Source: Terriglobia bacterium (GTDB lineage Bacteria > Acidobacteriota > Terriglobia > 20CM-2-55-15). From it: a stretch of 64,000 nt of DNA. The notes under the pieces were generated by a model. The model was not told where the DNA came from. It ran no database searches and saw only the letters and a list, made by a program, of their open reading frames with translations. Below are positions 19,592 to 28,683 of the stretch, piece by piece. The stretch is from positions 32,001 to 96,000 of the forward strand of contig CAXWPJ010000009.1 of the NCBI GenBank assembly GCA_963664115.2. Direction: 5' to 3'. Within the stretch, counting starts at the first letter, position 1. Every line of letters starts with the position of its first letter. Position numbers and translations under genes: made by a program.

Positions 19592-19861
19592 TCAGGCGAT
19601 GTAGGGTTCGAACGAACCCAGCAGCATCTCGGTGAAAGAGACCATGTAGCCCATCATCCAGGGGAAAATGACCAGGAAGACCAGGAAGGTCACGACGATG
19701 CGCGGTACGAACGCCAGGGCCATGTCCTGTATCGAAGTAATGACCTGCGCAAGACTGATGGTTATTCCCACGATTAGCCCCACACCCAACATCGGGGCAC
19801 TCATGAGAAGAACAGTGTGAAGCGTCTGGGTCGCGAGACGTATAACGAGCTCTTCAGACAT
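19592..19861 (-). CDS. fliQ: Export protein FliQ
   Basis: QVITSIQDMALAFVPR. Confidence 0.95.
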   Translation of the reverse strand: MSEELVIRLATQTLHTVLLMSAPMLGVGLIVGITISLAQVITSIQDMALAFVPRIVVTFLVFLVIFPWMMGYMVSFTEMLLGSFEPYIA

Positions 19862-20570
19862 AACTGCTTACCAGCGACGAAATGACCAACCCCCATCCAT
19901 CGACCATGATGAACAGCAACACCTTGAAGGGCAGCGACACCATGACCGGCGGCAACTGCATCATGCCCATCGATAACAACACTGACGCAACGACCATATC
20001 GATCACCAGGAAGGGCAGAAACAATACGAAACCGATCTGAAAAGCGGTCTTGATTTCCGAAATGATGAAAGCCGGAATAACCGTCTTCATCGACAGGTCC
20101 TCCGGCCCGGAAGGTCTCGCATCGCCCGACATTTCGTTGAACAACATCAAATCCTTTTCCCGTGCATGCTTGAGCATGAACGTCTTAAGTGAAGCAGCCC
20201 CGTTTTCGATCGCCTCCACCTCTTCAATCTCCCCGTTTGTCCACGGCACATAGGCCGTTTCGTAAATCTGGGTCAGGGTGGGATTCATGACGAAAAAAGA
20301 CAAGAACAGCGCCAGCCCGATCAGAATCTGGTTCGAAGGAGCTTCCTGGGTTCCAAGCGCCTGGCGTAGAAAGTGGAAAACGATGATGATTCGAGTGAAT
20401 GACGACAGCGAGATGATGATAGACGGCAGAAAAGTTAACAGAGTGAGCAGGATCAACATCTGCACGGGCAGATTCATCTGAATCTGGCCGTCGCTGCCAC
20501 CTACGTCGATGCTGATGTTGGGCGTCGTCTGCAAAAGCGCTAGGAAGATTGGGGAAGGAAGGAAGTTCAT
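19854..20570 (-). CDS. fliP: Export protein FliP
   Basis: SFTRIIIVFHFLRQALG, PAFIISEIKTAFQIGF, VDGW. Confidence 0.97.
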   Translation of the reverse strand: MNFLPSPIFLALLQTTPNISIDVGGSDGQIQMNLPVQMLILLTLLTFLPSIIISLSSFTRIIIVFHFLRQALGTQEAPSNQILIGLALFLSFFVMNPTLTQIYETAYVPWTNGEIEEVEAIENGAASLKTFMLKHAREKDLMLFNEMSGDARPSGPEDLSMKTVIPAFIISEIKTAFQIGFVLFLPFLVIDMVVASVLLSMGMMQLPPVMVSLPFKVLLFIMVDGWGLVISSLVSSYV

Positions 20571-20803
20571 TTGGGAAGTTTTTCGAGAATGGAAACAGTT
20601 TCTCGAGTCACCCCAAGCAGGAGCTCTTCGTCACGAACCTTAACAACCATGACACGACACCGGTCGCCAAGATGAAGCTGTTCAACTACAGTCAAACTGG
20701 TCGCCCCTGCGATAGAAGGCACGTACCGTTTGAGCATTTGCAGGCCGAACACCATCACTCCAACAATTAGACCGAGCGCGCCTATAATTTGAAGGTAGGG
20801 CAT
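20567..20803 (-). CDS. fliO: FliO-like protein
   Basis: From ATG 20803: TM helix, then VVEQLHLGDR...LLLGVT; upstream of fliP. Confidence 0.85.
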   Translation of the reverse strand: MPYLQIIGALGLIVGVMVFGLQMLKRYVPSIAGATSLTVVEQLHLGDRCRVMVVKVRDEELLLGVTRETVSILEKLPK

Positions 20804-20813
20804 AAATCCACAC

Positions 20814-21170
20814 TCACAGCTTGACCACTTCTGTAACTCTGACTCCCGAACTGTTCTCGACAACGATGACTTCACCCCGAGCTACAGTTTGCCCATTGGC
20901 ACAGATGTCAAAGGGCTCACCAGCCGCCTTTGCAACACGGAAAACATCCCCGGGCTTGAGACCCAGAATTTCCTTCAACAGCATCTGCAACCGCCCGATC
21001 TCAAATGTCAGGTGAAGCGGAACGTCCGCGAACACCTTGAACCGTTTCAAAGTGGCCATTGCGGCCACTTCAGCGTCAATCGGCACGACAGGCTCTGTCT
21101 CTGCGTCAGGGGCTGAAATGACCGCCGGAGGAGCAGGAGTTGGGAGTGGAACGACTTCTTCGCCGGTCAT
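20814..21170 (-). CDS. Second FliN-family (SpoA domain) protein
   Basis: DVPLHLTFEIGR, AGEPFDICANG...ARGEVIVVE. Confidence 0.88.
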   Translation of the reverse strand: MTGEEVVPLPTPAPPAVISAPDAETEPVVPIDAEVAAMATLKRFKVFADVPLHLTFEIGRLQMLLKEILGLKPGDVFRVAKAAGEPFDICANGQTVARGEVIVVENSSGVRVTEVVKL

Positions 21171-21712
21171 AGCTGAATAACGAACTCCGTGAACATGACG
21201 TCAACAACTTTGGGTTCGTGGTAATAGGGCCCGAGTTTTTCGAGAATTTCGGTGCGAAGGCTATTCTTTCCTTCCTCGTCCATGATCTCTCCTGACGTTT
21301 TTCGACTGAGCGTCTGTAAGATGACATCGCGGGTCTTGGAAGCGACGGCGGTATTCTCCATAACTTCTTCCACTGCATTCTTGTCGTCAACCATCAGACT
21401 GATAGTCACCCTCAGGTATCGGGGCGAATCGACATCCGCGAGATTTACAACGAACGGCGCCAAATCGACGACAGCCCCATTCTCCATGAGCAAACGCAGG
21501 GCCTCTGCCTCTTCATCGACATCGAGATTTTCTTCGCCGGCCACCGCAGGCAGGACGCCGCTTCGGCTGATGAGCATAAAGGACACAACACCGCCGCCCG
21601 CACTCGACGCGAGAACGAGGATCACACCCACCAATGCCTTGGCGATCAGTGGAACGAAACTCTTTAGTCCTTTAGACGGGCCTTCAGCTTCGGTCTTTTC
21701 TTCTTCTGACAC
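21167..21712 (-). CDS. fliL: Basal body-associated protein FliL
   Basis: GTG 21712 after GGAGG; FVVNLAD...RYL, RDVILQTL, VMFTEFVIQ. Confidence 0.93.
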   Translation of the reverse strand: MSEEEKTEAEGPSKGLKSFVPLIAKALVGVILVLASSAGGGVVSFMLISRSGVLPAVAGEENLDVDEEAEALRLLMENGAVVDLAPFVVNLADVDSPRYLRVTISLMVDDKNAVEEVMENTAVASKTRDVILQTLSRKTSGEIMDEEGKNSLRTEILEKLGPYYHEPKVVDVMFTEFVIQL

Positions 21713-21752
21713 AGGTTGCCTCCGTGAATCATGTTTACCGCAGACACGGAAA

Positions 21753-21768
21753 TGCACGCCATGTGCCA
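21753..21768 (-). promoter_or_regulatory. sigma54 promoter of the fliL operon
   Basis: TGGCAC-atggc-GTGCA. Confidence 0.75.
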
Positions 21769-21922
21769 AGCATTAGGGATGTCTCAATAGATCCAGCAAA
21801 GTGCTGGTAAAAGGAAGGTTACGTTCTTTCAGAGTCCAAGCCGCAGAACCGGAATGACGGCAAGCTGACAGAGAAACCGTCAACAAACCTCCGAACGCGC
21901 CAAGGGCTTGACCCGGAATGGG

Positions 21923-22141
21923 CTAATCGAAATACCGCTGGGCCATCTGGGAGAGAATCTCCCGGGCGTCCAAGGCCTTCTGCTCGATCAGTTCGTAACG
22001 GCTCTTGGCCTTGCCTTCGGCCGCATCCAACTGCAACAGTTCCGACGATGTCAGGATGACGCCAATCTTGTTGTTCAGGTCGTGTATCGCTTTCTTTAAG
22101 TACTCCAGTTCCTCAGTTGAGAGAGCGTTGTCTTCAGTCAT
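21923..22141 (-). CDS. Stand-alone HisKA/DHp-like protein (72 aa)
   Basis: AIHDLNNKIGVILTSSELL H-box plus a second helix; GGAG upstream. Confidence 0.7.
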   Translation of the reverse strand: MTEDNALSTEELEYLKKAIHDLNNKIGVILTSSELLQLDAAEGKAKSRYELIEQKALDAREILSQMAQRYFD

Positions 22142-22170
22142 GGGTTTCGACCCTAACAACTCCAATTAAA

Positions 22171-22418
22171 AGTAACAAGTGACAAGCAGGGTTTCTTAGG
22201 ATCATCTGCCGGGACATCTGCCCGACTATCTGCCGGACCATCTGCCGCTCCAGCTAGTGTCGCGGCTTTGTGGCTGCCGGGCTATCTGCCGCTTCAACTA
22301 GTGTCGCGGCTTTGTGGCTGCCGGGCTATCTGCCGCTTCAACTAGTGTCGCGGCTCTGGCCGACCCCTACCGGTCCATCTGCCGCTTCAGCGAGTGAAGC
22401 GGCTTGTCACTTGTCACT
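22171..22418. repeat. MITE-like element: 17-bp terminal IRs around 12-bp and 44-bp tandem repeats
   Basis: AGTAACAAGTGACAAGC (22171-22187) and GCTTGTCACTTGTCACT (22402-22418); ATCTGCC at 22204, 22216, 22228, 22240, 22284, 22328, 22377. Confidence 0.75.
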
Positions 22419-22911
22419 TCTTCTTACCGCTTCAGGTTCATCGTTTCCTGCAGGATCTCGTCGGTTGCGGTAATCATTCGCGCGTTAGCCTGGTAGCCCC
22501 TCTGGTAGGTGATGATCTTCGTGAACTCGCCCGCCAGATCGACGTTCGACAGTTCGAGCGCCCCGCTGACTAAACGCCCTCGCCCTCCCTGACCGGGTGT
22601 GCCGAGCAACAACGAGCCCGAAGCGACGGACTCGGCAAAAAGACCGCTGCCCGAGGAAGCGGCTTGTCACTTGTCACTTCTTCTTACCGCTTCAGGTTCA
22701 TCGTTTCCTGCAGGATCTCGTCGGTTGCGGTAATCATTCGCGCGTTAGCCTGGTAGCCCCTCTGGTAGGTGATGATCTTCGTGAACTCGCCCGCCCACGT
22801 TCGACAGTTCGAGCGCCCCGCTGACTAAACGCCCTCGCCCTCTGACCGGGTGTGCCGAGCAACAACGAGCCCGAAGCGACGGACTCGGCAAAAAGACCGC
22901 TGCCCGAGGAA
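22396..22911. repeat. Tandem duplication (about 260 bp) of the flgE 3' end
   Basis: 22396-22655 is repeated at 22656-22911; the latter copy has net 2-nt and 5-nt deletions. Confidence 0.9.
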
Positions 22912-24016
22912 ACCAAACCATTTTCGTTCTTGAACACCGCGAGCGCCATCTTGGCAATGTCGATCGTCAGGCCGTTGCTGAATACTCCGGCGATCGTGCC
23001 GTCTGATCCAATGACCAGCGAGTTCATATCTCCCGGAGGCACGCCATCCTGATTGCTCAGTGTTACATTGCTCGGACTTGCCAGGCCGGTCGCGTTCAGA
23101 TCACCGCTTGGGGCAACAAGTTTCCAGGTCAGACCGTTTGGTGCCAGCGTCGCGCTGTTGGCCATTGTAGGAAGCGTGACGGCTGTTGGTGGAATCACCA
23201 GGTTTGCTGCCGCGACGACCGTCCCGCCCAGGTAGGCGGACTCGAGTTTTCCGTTGGTGTCGAACACCAGGGTGCCGGCCGCTGGAGTCGCCGTGGCGAT
23301 AGCGCCGGTTATCAGGCTGTAATTGTCCGTACTGGTCGCAGCAATCCCGGTAAAATCTTTATGTGGAACGGTGACATCAAACTTCCAGTCTGTCTGGGTT
23401 GCCGTGATGGAATTCTTGACCATGGAGATCGTTGCCAGGTGGGCCTTGCCAAGAGAATCATAGAGCTGAGTCGTCATCGCGAACTTAGTCCCGACGAGCG
23501 CGGCAGCGTCCAGATTAAAGGCCAATTCAAAATTGGCGGTCGGATTGGCGCTTCCCGTGGCGACTGGAATCCGTATGTTGGCCAGACTCGACGACGTGTC
23601 AATGACCCCTGTTGATGGATCGCGCACCCAACCTTGAACCGCGTGTCCCGTAGCGGCAACCAGTTGCCCGTCGGCATCGACTGAAAAGTTGCCCGCACGC
23701 GTATAGAAGTTGCCCTTCCCGTTGTTGACAACAAAGAATCCGTTTCCCTGGATTGCCACGTCGGTCGGGTTGTTGGTGGTTTCCAGTCCACCTTGGATAA
23801 AATTCGTACTGATGCGGCCGATCTGACACCGAGTCCGACCTGCCCACTCGTACCCCCACTGCTGCTGACGGTCTGACCTAGGACGTCGGTAAAATTGATA
23901 CTCGTGCTCTTGAAACCAACGGTGTTCATGTTGGCCAGATTGTTACCCACGACATTGAGTCCCTGGGTGTTGGTCGATAGACCCGACAGTGCGGTGGAAA
24001 AAGTATTAATACCCAT
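22424..24016 (-). pseudogene. flgE: Hook protein FlgE, frameshifted as assembled
   Basis: GNNLANMNTVGFK (ORF from 24016), DVAIQGNGFF/YTRAGNF (second frame), SGALELSNVDLAGEFTKIITYQRGYQANA (ORF 22424-22612); one base missing near 23826. Confidence 0.88.
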
Positions 24017-24051
24017 TATCTCTCCTTAGATCTCTTATTGTCCTGCATCGC

Positions 24052-24339
24052 TCATGCACTAAAAACTGTGGGCTCACTCACGTCCGAGGCAGCCTCAGAC
24101 TGGCTCACCAGCGTCTCGTTGACCTGTTCCATTACTTCTCGAATATTGATCAGTTCTTCCAAACTGCTGAACTGTGCGAGCTGGGCCACGAACGCTGTCC
24201 CGTCCATGGGGTCCAAGGGGTTTTGTCCCTTGATCTGGGCGATCAGTAATTGTAGAAACTGCGATTTCTGTTCCTCGGCTTGGGATTTCAATGCGGACGG
24301 CGCCGCGGTTGTTCCGGTTCCTGTGATTGTCTCAATCAT
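24052..24339 (-). CDS. flgD: Hook capping protein FlgD (N-terminal domain only)
   Basis: FLQLLIAQIKGQNPLDPMD...VAQLAQFSSLE. Confidence 0.93.
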   Translation of the reverse strand: MIETITGTGTTAAPSALKSQAEEQKSQFLQLLIAQIKGQNPLDPMDGTAFVAQLAQFSSLEELINIREVMEQVNETLVSQSEAASDVSEPTVFSA

Positions 24340-24553
24340 CTCTGTACCTCCCCACGCTGGCTATAATGCACGCACCGCACCGAAGTAATTCTAGGCCGTA
24401 TACTGTTGAAACAAAGGGTATGGAAAGGGAGACGGCACCAAGGCAACAATGAACATTCTCCCCACCCGGCATTTTTTGCTCATGTTCGCGGCCCCAGCTG
24501 CCGATACGCTCCAGCACTGATCCGGAACTTGCCGCAAGAAGAATAGGAAGCAA

Positions 24554-24724
24554 ACCGCAGAGGCGCAAAGACGCAAAGGAAGAAGCATTGGCTGCCCTTG
24601 ACTGGCGATGTTGAGTCCAACCATAGGCGTCGGGCCTAGCAACCACGTCATTGGAAACTCATGATGGTTGGGCAAGCAGACCGCTACACAGCCTAAAGTC
24701 TTTGCGCCTTCGCGCCTTTGCGGT
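24554..24724. repeat. REP-like inverted pair built from CGCAAAG octamer-type units
   Basis: ACCGCAGAGGCGCAAAGACGCAAAG ... CTTTGCGCCTTCGCGCCTTTGCGGT. Confidence 0.75.
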
Positions 24725-24824
24725 GAAAGGTTTTTTCGAATCTACTGTAGGGATTGTTTTTGAGGGAAACGAGTAATTAAGCGGTGAGGCTGACGAGGGA
24801 GTCAGCGTCGGAGGATTCGAACTC

Positions 24825-25236
24825 GAACATGACATCGGAAAGCGGAACCTGCGCACGGGTGAGGGATTCGACCAGGTTGTGGACAGATAGTTCCAGACCG
24901 GCGCGAATCGCTGCCGGAGCGTCAAAGCGAAGCGAAACCTCGCCTTGATTCTCAGTCAACTGAACACGAACGCGGTCATGAAGGAGGCTTCTTGAGCTTC
25001 CCTCGTATGGGATCGGCCCTGCCCGGAGCCATGGCCATCATCTTGATGTCGCTGCCCTGAATCCGTTCCCGTACCGAAACGTCCAGAGAACATGACATCG
25101 GAAAGCGGAACCTGCGCACGGGTGAGGGATTCGACCAGGTTGTGGACAGATAGTTCCAGACCGGCGCGAATCGCTGCCGGAGCGTCAAAGCGAAGCGAAA
25201 CCTCGCCTTGATTCTCAGTCAACTGAACACGAACGC
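24825..25236. repeat. 149-bp direct duplication in the fliK 3' end
   Basis: 24825-24973 matches 25088-25236. Confidence 0.9.
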
Positions 25237-26785
25237 CAGCACCAGACTCTCCAAGCATCATCGTCACACGCCGGACCGGGTCAAGCGAGAACGTCGGCAG
25301 GTTCACCGGCTTTACCGGCTGGCGGGGTGCAAGCGGTTGCGGTTCTGTGTGAGGACTGGACCCTCCCGTCTCAGAAGGAATCTGGCTCGTCATCTGAACA
25401 AAAGAACCGGTCGATTCTTTTTCAGCCGTTTTTAGAGTCGCTTCCGTTGTCACAACTTTTGAATCCGTCCCGATTCGGCGACCGGTCGCCCCCTCATTCA
25501 GAACATACTGCGAGGTCACCTGAGACTTGAGGGCGGCACCCGAGACAATCGCAACTTCAGGTCGGCTGGATTGGGAAGTTGCGGCACCGCCATTGACGTT
25601 ATCGAAGTTTTCGACGCTATCAACGGTATCGATGACGGGGACGCTCTGCTTAGGCGCAGTTGCAGCAACCGGCTGGGGTCCTGGATCAGTCGGCAAGCTC
25701 CCCGCAGCGGCAGCGGCTACCGGCCTTAAGCCCAGCATCGCAAGCGTCGGCTCGGGTCGCGGGGTGGTGTTCGAACCTGCCTCCGGAGAAATGACCGTGG
25801 CCTGCGGTTCAGCCGTTGGACTGGACGTTGGAGCTTCGGCTGTGATCTTCATCGCGCGCACTCCGAAGGTTGCCAGGTCCAGGGACTTGAGCGACTTGCC
25901 CTCACCGGGCGGAACAAACGGATTCAAAATACCCTTGCTCACAATCGTTGGAGAAGCCGGAGAACCGGTCGTGGGAGAAACTGCAGCCGGACCTCTATCC
26001 ACAGGCGCGGTGTTGTTCGCTCGGTCTGTCTCCAGACTCCGTAAAGCCAAAGCCTCTGGAATGCCTTCAGCGGTTTCCACTACAGTCGTCTCAACCAGAG
26101 CGACTTCCGTCGGGCGTGGCAAGGGCAAATCGGCTCTCCCCACCACGGGCTGACCGGAGCCTTCAATGACTACGGGTTGATCCGTTAAAACTCCATCCGC
26201 TACGGGCAAGCCTGCAATCGAACGATCAGGGGCTTGGGAGCTCAGCTCTGAGGCCAGTTCATCGACGGCGACAGATCCAAGGTCCGGGCCTTGACTCTGG
26301 AGTTCCTCAGGAAGCAAGTCGGGTGTCTCTTCACCGGATGGAATCAGCGTCGCCGTAAAGACTGATGCGGCGGTGGTCAAGGATGCGGCTTCATCAAGCG
26401 TTTCAGCAGAAGCGGTCAAAGATGCGGCTTCATCAAGCGTTTCAGCAGAAGCGGTCAAGGATGCGGCTTCATCAAGCGTTTCAGCAGAAGCGGTCAAGGA
26501 TGCGGCTTCATCAAGCGTTTCAGCAGAAGCGGTCAAAGATGCGGCTCCATCAAGCGTTTCAGCAGAAGCGGTCAAAGATGCGGCTCCATCAAGCGTTTCA
26601 GCAGAAGCGGTCAAAGATGCGGCTCCATCAAGCGTTTCAGCAGAAACGGTCTCAATTTCCGAACCAGCTTCGGCCAGCAGAGCTTCAAACGAAGCGCTAT
26701 CAGATTCCGATTTCGGGCTCTGATTGACCGACGGCGCTTCGGCCTCGAACGGCGACTGAATGTTCAGTTGGTTGAAATCTTCCAT
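24956..26785 (-). CDS. fliK: Hook-length control protein FliK
   Basis: Long P/S/T/A-rich region and C-terminal GVRVQLTENQGEVSLRF...LVESLTRAQV domain; between fliJ and flgD. Confidence 0.85.
   Translation of the reverse strand: MEDFNQLNIQSPFEAEAPSVNQSPKSESDSASFEALLAEAGSEIETVSAETLDGAASLTASAETLDGAASLTASAETLDGAASLTASAETLDEAASLTASAETLDEAASLTASAETLDEAASLTASAETLDEAASLTTAASVFTATLIPSGEETPDLLPEELQSQGPDLGSVAVDELASELSSQAPDRSIAGLPVADGVLTDQPVVIEGSGQPVVGRADLPLPRPTEVALVETTVVETAEGIPEALALRSLETDRANNTAPVDRGPAAVSPTTGSPASPTIVSKGILNPFVPPGEGKSLKSLDLATFGVRAMKITAEAPTSSPTAEPQATVISPEAGSNTTPRPEPTLAMLGLRPVAAAAAGSLPTDPGPQPVAATAPKQSVPVIDTVDSVENFDNVNGGAATSQSSRPEVAIVSGAALKSQVTSQYVLNEGATGRRIGTDSKVVTTEATLKTAEKESTGSFVQMTSQIPSETGGSSPHTEPQPLAPRQPVKPVNLPTFSLDPVRRVTMMLGESGAGVRVQLTENQGEVSLRFDAPAAIRAGLELSVHNLVESLTRAQVPLSDVMFSGRFGTGTDSGQRHQDDGHGSGQGRSHTREAQEASFMTAFVFS
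26374..26651. repeat. 39-bp in-frame VNTR, 7 copies (ETLD[G/E]AASLTASA)
   Basis: Units begin at 26382, 26421, 26460, 26499, 26538, 26577, 26616. Confidence 0.95.
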
Positions 26786-26799
26786 GAATAACGCTTGAA

Positions 26800-27252
26800 C
26801 TAGATTCCAGTCTTTCGCGAATGCCTGATGACAGACACTTCGTCTATCATTTTCTGCGTCAAAACTGCTTCTTCCCGTGACAGCTTTTGCAATTGGCGTT
26901 CCTGAAGCTTTTCGACGGTCTTGTACTCACGCCGAGCCTCTCTCCACACCGCCCGGCACTTGTCCAGCTTAGACCTTAATTTTTCAATATCTTGAAGGAT
27001 TCTGGCGAGGTAAACATTGCCCACTTCGATGGCCTTATCCGAGCATTGAAGGTGGCGCCCCGATATGCCGTTTGCGTGGGCAAATTCTTCCATCGTCTGG
27101 CGGATTTTGCCTTGTTCCGAGTCACCCCGGGATTCGAGACGCTGGATCTGAAACTCGCACTCGCGGATGCGGCCCTCCGCTGCATCCACAGCCATCTGGC
27201 GCACTTTCAGGATCCGTTCCAGCCGTTTCAGATATTGGAGGGCTTCTTTCAT
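26800..27252 (-). CDS. fliJ: Export chaperone FliJ
   Basis: LERILKVR...WREARREYKTVEKL...QKMIDE; follows fliI; ATG 27252. Confidence 0.85.
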   Translation of the reverse strand: MKEALQYLKRLERILKVRQMAVDAAEGRIRECEFQIQRLESRGDSEQGKIRQTMEEFAHANGISGRHLQCSDKAIEVGNVYLARILQDIEKLRSKLDKCRAVWREARREYKTVEKLQERQLQKLSREEAVLTQKMIDEVSVIRHSRKTGI

Positions 27253-27342
27253 AGAGACTAGTCGAACAGCTGCACCATCTCCAGGCAAAGGGGCAGAGCT
27301 CGGCCACACTCGATCAGTTTGTTGGACGGTAGGGTTGGGTTA

Positions 27343-28683
27343 CTAGGCCCCCAGCGCTGCAAGTTGGACCAGTTGCTCCCGGGTCGCATTCATTTCGGAG
27401 TGTTCTTCCGAGCCTTGTCGCAGGAACGTGTTGATCGAATCGATACGGCCTACGGCCGTATCGATTCGTGCGTTGGAGCCCTTCTTATACGCACCAATCT
27501 GTATCAGATCTTCCGCCTTCTTATAGGTTCCCATCAGATCTCGAATTTCGTTCGCCGATTTCTGGTGGTCGGCGTCGATCATTTGCGTCATCAGTCGACT
27601 GTTACTGGACAGGACATCGATCGACGGAAAGTGTCCTTGCGTACTGAGATCCCGATCCAGGACAATGGGGCCGTCCAGGATGGATCGGACCGAATCCGCG
27701 ATCGGATCGTTCATGTCGTCGGCTTCGACCAGCACCGTGTAGAAAGCAGTGATGCTCCCAATATTAAACTTGCCGGCACGTTCCAGCAGTCTAGGGAGAA
27801 GCGAAAACACCGATGGCGTATAGCCCTTCGTTGTCGGGGGTTCTCCGGCCGCCAGGCCAACTTCACGTTGCGCCATGGCGAACCGCGTCACCGAGTCCAT
27901 CATCAGGAGCACGTTCTTACCGCGCTTCTGGAAATACTCGGCGGCTGCCGTGGCTGCAAAGGCCGCGCGAATGCGGACCAGCGCCGGCTGATCAGAGGTG
28001 GCTACGAATACGACCGAACGTTTCAAACCGTCGTCACCGAGGTCGTTCTCGAGGAACTCGCGCACTTCACGGCCGCGCTCCCCGACCATCGCTATGACGT
28101 TCAAGTCAGCGCTCGTGTATCGTGCAATCATGCCGAGAAGTGTGCTCTTGCCAACCCCGCTTCCTCCAAAGATCCCCACCCTCTGCCCAAGCCCGCAGGT
28201 CAGAAGACCGTCGATCGATCGGACGCCGGTTTGGATCGGGTCCCGAATTGGATCGCGAGTCAGCGGGTTGGAAGGTTCCGCATAGAGACTCTGGTACTCC
28301 AGAGTATCGGACACGGGACGACCGTCGATCGGACGGCCCAGACCATCCAGAACGCGGCCCATCAACTGCTCGCCGACACCGATCGTCGCCACCTGACCGG
28401 AAGCATAAACCGAATCGCCCTGTTTGATGCCTTCGGGCTTGCCCAGGGGCATCGTGATAACCCGGCCTTCGTTAAATCCGATGACTTCAAGTGGTATTCT
28501 GCGGTCTCCAATTTCGGTCCAGCATACCGATCCCGTCGTTACGTTCGGCCCATGGGATTCGATCGAGTTGCCGACAACCTTCTCGATCACTCCGAACTCG
28601 ATCAGAGAATCCGCACGCCCGAGCCGATCATGAGAGAACTTCAGATTCAATTCGGCAGGAAATCGTGTGGAGGTCGGACTCAT
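27343..28683 (-). CDS. fliI: Export ATPase FliI
   Basis: GGSGVGKS, GERGREV, DSVTRFAMAQRE, GEPPTTKGY. Confidence 0.97.
   Translation of the reverse strand: MSPTSTRFPAELNLKFSHDRLGRADSLIEFGVIEKVVGNSIESHGPNVTTGSVCWTEIGDRRIPLEVIGFNEGRVITMPLGKPEGIKQGDSVYASGQVATIGVGEQLMGRVLDGLGRPIDGRPVSDTLEYQSLYAEPSNPLTRDPIRDPIQTGVRSIDGLLTCGLGQRVGIFGGSGVGKSTLLGMIARYTSADLNVIAMVGERGREVREFLENDLGDDGLKRSVVFVATSDQPALVRIRAAFAATAAAEYFQKRGKNVLLMMDSVTRFAMAQREVGLAAGEPPTTKGYTPSVFSLLPRLLERAGKFNIGSITAFYTVLVEADDMNDPIADSVRSILDGPIVLDRDLSTQGHFPSIDVLSSNSRLMTQMIDADHQKSANEIRDLMGTYKKAEDLIQIGAYKKGSNARIDTAVGRIDSINTFLRQGSEEHSEMNATREQLVQLAALGA

Noticed and set aside
22204-22400. CRISPR array
   Set aside because: Units are tandem with identical intervening sequence; no unique spacers and no cas genes
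24391-24925. ORFs 24391-24675, 24332-24646 and 24659-24925
   Set aside because: They run through the REP-like repeat or the fliK duplication and show no recognisable motifs
26365-26727. Plus-strand repeat ORFs
   Set aside because: Alternative frames of the fliK VNTR
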